The position numbers were made by a program, and so were the translations under genes. A model generated the notes under the pieces. That model was given only the letters and a program-made list of their open reading frames with translations. It was not told where the DNA came from and did no database searches. Positions 12,017-23,553 of a stretch of DNA of 64,000 nt are shown here, one piece after another (positions within the stretch are counted from its first letter, which is position 1; each line of letters begins with the position of its first letter). This DNA comes from Chlorokybus atmophyticus. Lineage: Eukaryota > Plantae > Mesostigma and Chlorokybus algae. Location of the stretch: positions 640,099 to 704,098 of the forward strand of contig RHPI01001715.1 in assembly GCA_009103225.1 (NCBI GenBank). The letters run 5' to 3'.

Positions 12017-13392
12017 TAAACAATCAGCGTAAGTTTGTATAGGCTTTTATATCATAAGCAATTTCGGTTACACCTAGTTTAAGGCTTGAAGCATATGATT
12101 ATCCACACAATTAAAAGATCATGTTGTTATAATGCCAACAATACACCAATGCAGCGTGTATTGTTACAAACACATTATAAAATTTAAAATGTACTTATTA
12201 CGCCTTCATACTGTTGCTGTGATAACACATTCATGATGCACACAACCATTGACAATTGCACAACGCTCAACATGACCCTTACATTGTAAACCTGGCTTAC
12301 AACTTGTAAGTTACAAGTGCAAATCAATAGAGGGCCAATGACCGCATGTATAAGAAGCAATTGAACCGTATGCACCGACAACGGCTGAAAAAGCGAGCCG
12401 CGCTGGGCTTGGCGGTAGGCAATAGTTTGACGAGTTCGCAGGTCATACCTACGACTCGTAGGCCATGAGGCAAGCAGTGGTTGACCTAATGAGTCAATAG
12501 ACGAGCATGCTGGCGACGAGTCCCCTGATGGAGCTGTTTCTGGGTTTTTGAACGCGGTTGATTAGGGCTAGGGCTAACCCTATCCTAGTTGCTGCGTCAA
12601 GGGAGGGAGAACTTGGGTTGCATGATGAAAAGCAGTTAACCATAGAAGCGTATGGACTGGCATCATGACTGGCAGTTGCCAGGTAGAGAGCTGCAAGCCA
12701 TTGCCCTGTACACGAAGCCTTCCGTCGTTAAGTATGCCGGGCGTCCATACCGTCCTGACCAGTAGTGCCATCGGCCACATGGTTTCCATTAAGTCAAGGG
12801 CCGGCAAACTTAACGACGTTTGCCGCTTACCGCTGCATCGATGGGAAGCCACGTCGTAGAGCCGATCAACGACGTTAACGACGTCGTTAAGAAAATGTTA
12901 CCAATGCATGGCACTGAGCAGGCTGCTTGCACAGTCGCTGAGCTGGATTTTCTAGGCACAGGATAACCTCCAGTATGACGTTAGCGTAAGGCACCACGTC
13001 AGCTCATTGGCGCGGCGCCGCCGAAAGGCGGCAAGATTTGCCGGTTTTCGCCGGGAAAACTGAGAATCGCAAACCACGATCAGCTCGCAACCCACTCTGC
13101 ACAGACGACTGCCGCCTAAAATGGGCCATCTATGGGTTCCATTCATCCAGTGGTCCCAGTAACCGACTCGGTCGGTTACTAAGACCGCAGTCTCGTGATT
13201 CTGGGAAACGTTAGGGACAGGGCGATAACCGTGGTCAAGCTGACCGCCGGACCGCCTTTTCTGATATTCGCCATTTTTTCAAGTCATTGTGACCATTAGC
13301 GAAGGCGCGGGATAGTGGCGGCGGCGGAAGTGGCGGTGTCGTTCGCGTCGGTGGCGAGCGGGTTGCTGGAGCTAGCGTGCACATCGGCTGTC

Positions 13393-13400
13393 TAGGGTTT
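13393..13400 (-). promoter_or_regulatory. Telo-box (AAACCCTA) in the 5' region of the EamA gene
   Basis: TAGGGTTT on + strand, ~330 bp upstream of the ATG. Confidence 0.35.
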
Positions 13401-13727
13401 GGCAAGTAGTCTGTCCTGTGTTTGTTTCTTTGTCCACGAGGGTGACGTGGTGTGTACTCGTTGCCGGCGGCGAGGAGCCTGGTGTCGAGGTGGTGGTCAG
13501 CGCCGTTGTAAGCGGCTAGGAGTGTCGTTTGCTCTTGTGTGACGTTGGGGGCGTGGAGTGATCAGTGCCAGCTGGAGACCGTGGCTGCGATTCGTGTGGT
13601 AGCTACCGCCCAGCAGGGCTTGGGTCTGGTTCGGCCAGGCTGCTCGGCCTGGCAGTCGGAGTCTCATGCTCGGTTCTGTGGAGGCAGCAGGCGTCGCCAA
13701 CAGCAGTGGTTTCCACAGCAGCACAGT

Positions 13728-16126
13728 ATGGTTCTTCCTGGACAGCTTGCTTCAATAACGGCTTGCAGCGGTTGCACGCGGCTCTTGTTGCACAAACACC
13801 AGCTCGCAGCCCCTGCACTACCGCTGAGGCGGTCAGTTGTCGCGGTAGCGTCGGGCCAGCATAATGCGCACAAACGCCCAAAATCACGCTCAAAGCGCAC
13901 ATCCCGAGCCAAGCCTGGTAGCAGGGCACGCAGACGGAGCTGTTCTGATCCTCGGCAGCCCAAACTGCCTCCATCACCCGCCATTCAGGTAGGCAGGCCA
14001 CCCCCAGCGGCTGGTCGGCGAAGTTGGTGTTTGGTTGAAGTTCTCTAGCTAAACCTAAATTTATGGACCATCAGGTGGACCGTGAGGGTGGGGCGAGCTG
14101 CAGTGGTCGGCCGGAGCTGACCAGGCTGCTGGTCGAGAAGCTGGTGCTGGGCGGAGAGGGGCAGCTGGTGCACCAAGCGGAAGCGCGCGCAGAACCTATT
14201 GATCCCGAGATCATGACTGATGAAGTGCCCAAAGTCCGGCAGCCTTCTTTCCTATCGCAGTTGACGATGCCTGATCTAACTCAGGTGAGAGGGCTACACT
14301 TCTGTGCAGCTGTTCTAGGTTATAGACGCATCAGTGTGTTGACGCCTTACACATCTACAGGGGCAAACTGCTGGAGTGTTGGCATTCTTAGCTGCGCTAT
14401 ATGGCACAAACTCAGCAGCTTGTAAAGTGATAGAGGAGACCTGCAAGATGCCTGCCACCCTAGCCTGCACACTTCGCTTTGGTCTGGCGACTATTACCCT
14501 ACTGCCCTGGCTGTTTGGCGAAGCTATCGAACAGGACTTGTTGCTTGCCGGCGCGGAGCTGGGTTTCTGGCTCTTTGCTGCTGTTGCAGCTCAGGTGGCG
14601 GCTTCGGCACACGCCACTGTCGCTGGGTCAGCCTCTATGAAGCTGTTGTTAACGATTGGGTTGGTGCTCGCCTTTGAAGCCGGCAATGTCTTCAGCAGAA
14701 AGCGGATATCCAAGCGCACCTGGTTGGCTGCGGGAGTGTCATTGTCAGGTCAGTGCCAAAGTGAATTGTCATGTGTTTGTGAGAGCTGGTACATGTGTCC
14801 GTTGCTAACCACCTTGTTTTCACAGGAATGTTGGTGCTTATGAGTATGGGCACAGACCTGACCGTTGGTCTGTTTCCGCTGAACGACCTTTGGAGTGTGC
14901 TTGCGGTGCTGCTGTTTGGTTTCCACACATGGCGCTGCGAGGCTATCTGCAGCAAAGTGGACGCCACCAGCATTGCGCGGCTGGCTGGCATCCAAATCGG
15001 TGTCGTCACCTTGCTGTTCGGCCTTTGGGAGGTGCAGGCGCTCAGTTCTGTCGGCAACTTGATGGACATTGCCAGTCTCCTGAACACTCAGCTCACTGGT
15101 CTGCCTTGGGTCTCTCTCTTGTACGCTGCCTTCATCTCAACCGGCCTGTGCCTGTGGCTTGAGCTGAACGCACTCAGAGGTGCCAAGGCTTCCACTGTAA
15201 CACTGATGTATAGTACCATCCCACTTTGGGGTGCATTCTTTGACTTCGCTCTGCGCGGAGAGTTGGAGCCTGCAGTCTCATCACTTGCTGCTGCAGCCGC
15301 TGCAACAGGCGCCATTAGTTACTGGCTATTGAAGCCCAAGACCCTCACCCAGCGGCTACCCCGAGCGGCGTCTCCCACACAAGAGAGCTTTTTGGACCAG
15401 CTGACAACTGCGTTCGTCACATCGCAGCTGAAGCTAACCCAGTACACGCGCCTGGTGCAGCAAGCTATCACTGGTCATGGCGCTGCAACAGCACTGCACT
15501 TCAAAGGTGTCACTGCATCCGCTCTGGCTGCAGCGGCCTCGATGAACTCCGTTGTGACAGAGGTGGCAAGAGATATCACTGGCGCAGTGGCTGATTTTGA
15601 GATGCGAGTTGCTTCAGGCATGCTCACAGCAGCAGTGTCTGCGCAAACCATGCAGCGCTTTGGTGACAATGTAGCTGCCCGTACTGCTAGCCCCGGCCAG
15701 TTCCTGTACTATGCAAGCTCCGGCTCAAGCGCTGTAGCAGAGAATGCTATGTCGAGTATGCTCAAAGCCACTGCTGCTGTGGGCATGCCAGACATGGCTG
15801 CAACAGTGGCAGCAGCTCTAATCCTCGCTGATGCTGGAGAGCTTCCAGATGTTGATGGCGCTACCAACACCGGCATTGTCCTGGCCAGTGCTGCGATTGA
15901 CTCTGTGGCGTCATCCCTCCAGCAAGCTGCAGGTGCCTCCATTGGCCACACCTTGGTCAGCAATACCGTTGGCACTGTGTTGGCTTCAATGCCAGACTCT
16001 GCACACGCCTTCGTCACCACAGCTGCGGATGTTGTGTCTTCTGGCGCTTGGGACACTGCTACTCTTGTGCAAGCTGCAGACGTCGTGAACGCCACCGTGA
16101 ACTCCATCTCCGACGTGTTCGGTTAA
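13728..16126 (+). CDS. EamA/DMT-family transporter with plastid-transit-like N-terminus and long Ala/Ser/Thr/Val-rich C-terminal extension, 4 exons
   Basis: Exons 13728-13989, 14076-14285, ~14361-14748 and ~14827-16126. Motifs ALYGTN, LRFGLA, AGAELG, STGLCLWLE...ALRGAKASTVTLMYSTIPLWGAFF are typical of plant/algal EamA proteins. Confidence 0.75.
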
Positions 16127-18671
16127 AGCCTGCGTAGTCAATGCCCTTTGTGAGATATACACCCTCATTGTTACCCAGCAAGCGAAAACCCTTGCATGGT
16201 TGTGTTAGCTGCCGTACCTAGGAGTGTGACGTGGCCCTCTGCTCTGCAGCTTGTTGAGCAGATTGCAACTGTCGGGTACATACACTGTTATGTGCCGCTC
16301 CTGCCCATTGCTGGCAGTCGGGGAATAAAGAAAAGACATTTGGTTAGGACTGTTGATTGCCCTCTGCTTATCACACTGCTTTTGCACATGGTCGGTTGCA
16401 TGTTTGCATGCATTGTGGTAGCCTGTGGTGGATTGGGTGCCTCACACAGTTGCACGTTAGGCCCCTCGAACTGTGCATGGCACAGACAAATGGTTTCGTA
16501 AATTTTGTTTGAGTATGAATGCCACATAAGACAATACTGCGAATACTGTGCTGAATGTCAGCTAGCAGTAACATTTGCATGCTTGCAGTTGGCAGTGGGC
16601 AATGGCTTGTCAGGTTGTGTGTTGCTTGTTGACACATGGTCCAACCTCTTTATCACCTTACATGATAAACTCGCATATAGCATTCTCGTCCACACTGTTC
16701 TTAACACCACTGGTTAGCATCCGCAAGGTTTAGCCTAGCGCACCTCAACATATACTCCGCACCTTACCATGCTGAGTATTCTTGCAGCGCACTTTAACAC
16801 AGACATCAATACTTGCGTGCATCTGCGTGCACAACAGCTTGTGGTGCGCGCGCACGCACGCAACCGGCATGAGTCCCTATGATATCAAATGTAGCACTAG
16901 GACAGCAGTTGGCTCAGCTAGGGCCCTCCCCATTTGTTCCCTGTGCTGTGAGGTTGGCTAAGCCGCTATGCGTTGCGTGTGTAGCATCGGGCATGTTGCC
17001 ATACCCTTGAAGTTATCTGTGTACACGAGTCAGTCTAGTAGGTCTAACCTTGCTGCACACACCGCACTCTGCCCATACCCAATGGCACCCGCTTCCTGTG
17101 ACAACAATAATCAGCGCAATTAGTACGCAATACGCTGTCCAAGCAAGACACAGTCATTTGCGAAGTAAGCACTTAAAAAGAGGGACATAAGGACATAATG
17201 ACATTCAGTACAGGTGCCGATGGGTAAGCCAAGTTGAACACAGGTACTTGCCGCGGTAATGTCACTGTTGCACGCAAGCCCACTTCATTGGTGGAGCATC
17301 TGCGCACATGTGGCTGTGATGTGTCCTCATCTATCATCTTGCGTGCGCATGAACGTGCGTTGCACATCAACTGGTAGGTGTGTCTGAGCGTGGGCGGGGC
17401 AGTCAGTGTATGTGTGCGGGCGCATTTTCAGTGTGAGCAATTGAGTTTATGTGAGTGTGTAAGCATGCGTGCAAGAGTGCATGCTTTCGCATGTGCCTGT
17501 GTGTGCGCGTGCGCTTGTAGAGCAGAACTGTGATGCAAGTGGTCGTAACACTTAGCACAGTCACAAAGGTTGGCAAACACGAACGGATGTGCAACAAACA
17601 CCACACCATGAGTCAGCGCAATACCCCAGCTGTGTACTCCCGTCCAGTTCAACGCTGCTTGCCAACGTGCGCTGCTGCTCTTGTACCAGCCCGGACATGC
17701 TCTTGATAAATACGCATGGCTGTGTTTAATGTCATTCCACATAGCAGAGCTGTGTTTTGAAGGGGGCAAGTTCATGAGCTCGACTTGAGGCTGAAGCTAT
17801 GCGCAACCTACTCATAGCATACGCTTGGGACCTTCCTATGGACATACCACGTTCACGTTACAGGTTGGGGGTGATAAGGATGGAACCTCAAGCCAACAGT
17901 AGTTACACTGTGTGTCGGCATGCTGGTTGTGGCCCAGCGTCAGCTGCCTTGTGGTTGACACTGCCCGCCGCTGATGTGTACCGTTCATGCATGTGTTGCA
18001 TGACTGTTGCCATGCTGCGCTGATGGCAAAGGCCTGAGCCTGTGTGCATTGCGTGCGAGCGGGTGTGCTAGGCGCCGTACTGTGCTATTGAGATGGCAGT
18101 GGCTGTTGCTGTTAACACGGTAAGTGGGTGTATACTGGTATGGTGTTGTGATCAATGAGGGCACTGTCTTTGTTCGCAAGAGAGAGTCTCTGCACACTCA
18201 CACGCGCACACATGTGTGCCTGATAGACCGACATGATTTATGTGCGCATGCGCTTAGATGTTTACTGTGCCGACCTGCTCATCACTGCTCATCACTGGAC
18301 CATATTCTGTTGTAGCGAACATGACGTGCGTCGGCACGAGAAAACTACCTGCGTCAGTACCTCATGTTGATTGGGCTGCAATGCGCGCGACCACAGCCCT
18401 TGATGCATCCCTTTGGTTGGGCTTGAATATCTAAGCAGGTGTGGCCAAACATGCAAGAATTACCCGTGTTTGTTGTGACAGCAGTCCCAGTGGAACCAAT
18501 AAGCTGAAGGAATTGCTTACCCAAACGACTCGCAGGAGAAAAGGCAAAAAGTCATGTACAGACTAACAAGAATTTGCATCTCTAAACTGCCGACCATGTA
18601 CAGCTTTCTCCAATACATAGCAGCTACCTACATATCTTGATTTGCAAACCACAGCAAACCGCGGTGATCCC

Positions 18672-20293
18672 CTACTTAGCTGCGGGTGCTCTGGTGGTGC
18701 GCTGCGTGGTGGTGTTGTTGGCAGCGCTTTGACGCTTGATACTCCACGCGAACGCAAACAGAACTACGTCCTCTTCAACTACCTGCAACCAGGAGGACAT
18801 GTCAACGGTTGTATGTCCAGCAACTTCGGCAACCAACTTGAGACAAAGTGTGCACACAACTACTTCCTCATCTGCACCACTGACCTGAGCGGCGAAATGG
18901 CGTGCAACAGCAGGCATGAGCTCCTCCTTGCCAGTGCCCGTGACATCGCGCAACTTATACACGCGCTTGTAGCGCCTGAGTGAGGACGTCTCCAGGCGGG
19001 AGAGGTCCACACGCAGGGAGCGGCGGCTCGCGCCTCGCGGACCGCTACTCCCCACCCCGTTCTTTGTAATCACAGGCATTGCGGGCAGAGCGTGGCCGAT
19101 GGCGCCGTCGCCGCTCTGCACGGATGGTTCCGGCGTCACCTCTGTACGCGTTGTGCGCGCACTCCGCACCTTGCGCTCCTCAATAAGAGGCCCGTCCTGT
19201 GAGCAAGCATATGCACAGATCAGTGGACTGAATCAAATACAAATTAACAGCAGCGAAGCAAGAGTTGAGTTGCATCATGCTTACCCCTCGACAAGCTGGG
19301 CAGAGGTAGAATGCTGTTGTATCTACAGGGTAACCGTTGGCGTGCTCGCAGTCGATGTGCACCCAGCGTCCGCAAGGGCGGGAGTCGCAACCAACCCACT
19401 CCTTGCCGTCAAAGCTGTCGGGATCACGCTCGCGATAGATCTGCACGCAGTAAGGGCAGTACCGCGCAGTGTCAAAGGACGCTTTGCATGCGGTGCACAG
19501 GGTCAGCACCCCGTCCTTGCAGTTCTTGATGGCAGTCGGCCCACCCTTACGGTCTCCTACCGGCACTATCGCACGCAAGTACCACCTGCAGGTGCTGCCA
19601 ACATACACACTGATCAGCCCGACAAGTCCCCAACACTGCTACGTGCATTGTGACAACATGTTGACACAACAAGACGCACACAAGCATGTTGGTAGCTGGC
19701 AACCCATTGCCACATCACAAACACCAGAGCAAGCAACAATGGTCATGCTTTAATGGCTCAACACGTACACGGTTCAGATGAGATGTGCGCAAAGAACGTG
19801 TCTACAGCATGAAGCTATCAACAAAGCTCGCAAAATGCGCAAGGTTGCTGCAAAGACACCACCTGTGCACCCAACAACAAGCAGACTGCATGCAGTACTA
19901 TGCCAACGGAGAACCGAGAGCCCGTTGACAAAGCTGCGCCAAGCATGTGAAATAAGCTGTGACTGCTCTGTCAACGAAGGTGATGGCACTATGAACCGCA
20001 GTGTTTTTGCAAGCTGGCTGGTGCAGCCGCAGCTAGGAGAAACAGCACCTGCCGTGCAACACCAAGAAACGCACAAAGCGAGGAGCAGAGTGTACACTCA
20101 CGGGCCAGCTCCGCTGCCGTTAGAGGTAGACCGCTTGCAGTAGGTGTTGGAGCAGACCTGCAGCTGCTGCGGCTGCTGATGACTGTTCTGCTGCTGTTTG
20201 GGTTCCTGGTCGGAGTTGCTGTCGTCGTCCGGAGACGCCACGGCTGTTGTTGCCGCCCCCGCCTCCTCCTCCTCGTCCTCCTGGTGGTGGTGG

Positions 20294-20332
<39 letters not shown>

Positions 20333-20337
20333 GTCAT
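18672..20337 (-). CDS. Zinc-finger/PHD protein with C-terminal SAP30/SAP30L Sin3-binding domain, 4 exons
   Basis: Exons 20337-20102, 19585-19285, 19196-18885 and 18782-18672 give a poly-Q N-terminus, CPYC...WVGCD..PCGRWVHIDCE...YLCPAC (PHD) and VDLSRLETSSLRRYKRVYKL...VARHF...VVEEDVVLFAF (SAP30 Sin3-binding). Confidence 0.78.
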
Positions 20338-21007
20338 CCAGCCATCGCCTTAAAGGCGCCCACGACTTCCCCGCCACGCACAATCTCAGAGCACACGAGA
20401 ACAAACACAGGCGCTGTTTCGCACATACACCAACCTCGTCGCCTCCACCCTCAAAGACGGCGACCACCACCGCAACAATACCGCCGCCCGCAGCAAGCAA
20501 CAATGCCGCTGCTTTGCCACTTCTTCGCACATTGCCGATACTCATGTTTAAGCTATATCCACGCATGCCGCCCCGTGCGGGGCTGAGAAAGGTACAACAA
20601 CGCCCGGCTGTGACGGTGATATCCACCATTGAAACGGTTTTGCTGCAGGCTGGGAGGCTTAACGTTTCCGTCAAACCTCTCCACTGCGCAGTTCAAATTG
20701 TTAGCCTTCTTGGACGGCTTATATTGCATGTAAGGGTCATCTAAAGGCGCCCAGCGCCTCACTCCGTCCGAGACCACCGTTAAAAAAGCAGACGGTAAGC
20801 ACTTGCCGTTGCCACCCCCGTCACACTCAGTCACATTTGCCGCGCTGCCGCAGGCTGGCAGGTCCCAAATGCATTCTTTCCTGAAAAGCTTGGGTTCGGA
20901 CTCCGGAGACGGTGCTTGAAGGTGTCCATTGGGACCTTGCTAAGAGATGTCCACGTTGCAACGCGTTACCTAGAGTGTCCACGATACCACTTTGCGATAC
21001 CGGCTCC

Positions 21008-21017
21008 AAACCCTAAA
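21008..21017 (+). promoter_or_regulatory. Telo-box (AAACCCTAAA) upstream of SDH2
   Basis: Exact motif ~125 bp upstream of the ATG, within a bidirectional promoter. Confidence 0.4.
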
Positions 21018-21140
21018 TAGTTGTTAGGTGCAAAAGCGTCGCGGACGTTTACGGGGTCGTCGTTGTTGGCGGCGGCGGAGGAGGAGGCGGCAGGGTTGGT
21101 GTTGGCAGTGAGCGTGTGGGTTTATTTGAGGTTACGGAAG

Positions 21141-22728
21141 ATGTTGCTCAGGCGAGCTGCGGCGCTGGCTGCGGGATCGGCTTCCAGACAGCTGCAGACT
21201 GCAAGCACAGCAGCCGGGGCTGTTCGGCAGATCTCCACCACAGCTGCTCTGTGCTCGGACGAGCATAGCCTTGCTTCATCGCCGGTGAGAAGTGTTTTCG
21301 GAGTTGCTAATGTGTACTCAGTTGGAAGTTGTAACTCGTAGTGTGTAAGGTGTGCTCGGAAATGTTTCATCTGTTGCACGTAGATGGACGCTGTAGATAG
21401 GTCGTCCATGCTTCTCCTTTTCGCATATATACAGTTTGTTCTGTGGTCCCGCAAATGAACAAGATTCTGACAAGAAGGACTAGGTTTTGCATGGCTGTGG
21501 TATGCTGACAACGTGGCTTGCAAGCCACGTTCTCAGCATACCACAGAAAGCCGTCAGCGTTGGCTCGCTTGGCCGCCTGTGTCAAGCAATTTTTTCTATT
21601 TGTGGCTGCCTGCCTGCCTGCACGTCAATTATTGTGGCGCGTGTTTGGCCAGTATAGCGTTTGTTCGGTGCGTTGCAGCAGCCAGTGCTCTTTTGCCTAA
21701 CTGGCTCTTGACCGTGCAGACAAAGAACTTCAAGACTTTTGAGATTTACAGATGGGACCCAGACAAGCATGAGAAGCCGAGGATGCAGAGCTATCAAGTG
21801 GATATCAACAACTGCGGCCCTATGATTTTGGATGTGCTGATCAAGATTAAGAATGAGACAGACCCTACCTTGACGCTGCGAAGGTCTTGCAGGTGCGGTT
21901 GTCAACCAAAGTTGTTGCCTTGATGACTGCAACAAAGAATAAGAATAATTTTTCGCAACTCTCTGCAAACCACTGAGCTCAACTTTTGCGTATTGCAGGG
22001 AGGGCATTTGCGGGTCATGCGCCATGAATATTGATGGCACGAACACACTTGCCTGCTTGGCCAAGGTCAAGCGTGAGGGCGCGCCACAAACAATTACCCC
22101 TCTGCCGCACATGTTTGTGGTTAAGGTAGGGGACTGAAGTGAACTAAGCTGACTCCTTGCGTTTAACGTAAGCTCAGCACTAATACATGCACACTTGGCC
22201 AGGATCTTGTCGTGGACATGACCAACTTCTATGCTCAGTACAAGAGCATTGAACCCTGGCTGAAAAGGACAGAGTTTCCTGAGAGGGAGGTCCCGCAAAG
22301 TAAAGAGCAGCGCGACAAGATCAACGGATTGTATGAGTGCATTCTCTGCGCTTGCTGCTCAACATCGTGCCCGTCATACTGGTGGAACCCAGAGCAGTAC
22401 CTTGGCCCAGCCGTATTGCTGCAAGCATACAGGTACGCTCTCAGTGTACTCAATGCTTGACACTCATTCACCTTTGCCATATTTGGCAATGCGTATCAGA
22501 CGTGTTGGTTAATGTGTACTTTATGTGACTGTGTGCAGGTGGATCAATGACAGCCGCGACCAGTTCACCAAGCAGCGACTGGAGGCTCTCGATGATGAGT
22601 TCAAGCTGTATCGCTGCCATACCATCATGAACTGCGCCAAGACTTGTCCCAAGGGCTTGAATCCTGGCAAGGCTATTGCAAACATAAAGAAGAAGCAGAG
22701 CCCAGTGCTTTCACAGCTGTACGCTTAG
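21141..22728 (+). CDS. SDH2: Succinate dehydrogenase iron-sulfur subunit, mitochondrial, 5 exons
   Basis: Exons 21141-21284, 21720-21892, ~21998-22125, 22203-22432 and 22539-22728 give a presequence, [41 protein letters not shown] and [17 protein letters not shown]. Confidence 0.97.
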
Positions 22729-23412
22729 TGGCGCGAAGCGCCTTGATACACCATTGTTTTCGCACGCACTTGTTGTGTAATAGCGCGTGTGGTTGTAGTG
22801 TTAGTGTTGTCTGGTGACTCGCGCCTGTTTGTATGTGTATACAGTCCCTTTGAAACTCAAAGCATCTTGCTAAAACCCAGAGTTAGCTGCGCGCCCGCTT
22901 GCTGGCAAACGAGTCTGCCTAAATCTTGTCACTAAGCAAGGCTGTAGTCAAGTTGGCTTGGTTTGCAACATAGCATCAGTTGTGCCGGCGGGATAACTCT
23001 GTTGTTGAGAGTAGTTCCGCATTGTTAGCATTGATGTTAACTGCAGTTTGTTAAAGACCCATGGTTGCAAAATCTGCAACTCAGCACATGCTACCTTGTC
23101 TTTTGTTTGTCTGCAACACTTGATGCATGGGACCTGTCCACACCTCAAGGTACGACAATCCTCCGCTCACGCTATTGTGGTTTGCGGCGCATGGCGCCAC
23201 TGTTGTCGCTTACATCCTTTCCAGCAACTGCTGTGTCGTGCCACTTACAAACTACCATCATCATGCCATCACCGCACAGGCCCCCAGGAACAAATCTGCC
23301 ACAGCAACGCGACAGCGTGAAATCTCATTCAGCTATATCATTACTTAAGTTGTGCTGCTCTGAGCCAATTAACACATCAGCTCTATCCACAAAGCAAGTC
23401 TTGTCTCAACAC

Positions 23413-23420
23413 TTTCCCGC
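23413..23420 (+). promoter_or_regulatory. Candidate E2F site TTTCCCGC upstream of the NUP50-like gene
   Basis: Canonical octamer ~140 bp upstream of the ATG; a single short motif, so it could be chance. Confidence 0.25.
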
Positions 23421-23553
23421 GCGATGATGATGTCTTGAGGGTTGCTAAGACGATCGCAAAGGTCGGTGTTGCTCTTGGTGGGCGGCGGCGGTGGCGGTGG
23501 CGGTGGCGGCGGTGGTGGGGAGGGTCGGCTGGGTGTTGGTCAGTAACAATACT

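Noticed and set aside
12558-12586. Telomere-like tagggctagggctaaccctatcctag
   Set aside because: Too short and degenerate to call an interstitial telomere or a telomerase RNA template.
16200-18600. Short ORFs between the EamA and PHD-SAP30 genes
   Set aside because: No consistent exon chain or known motifs; probably UTR or intergenic DNA.
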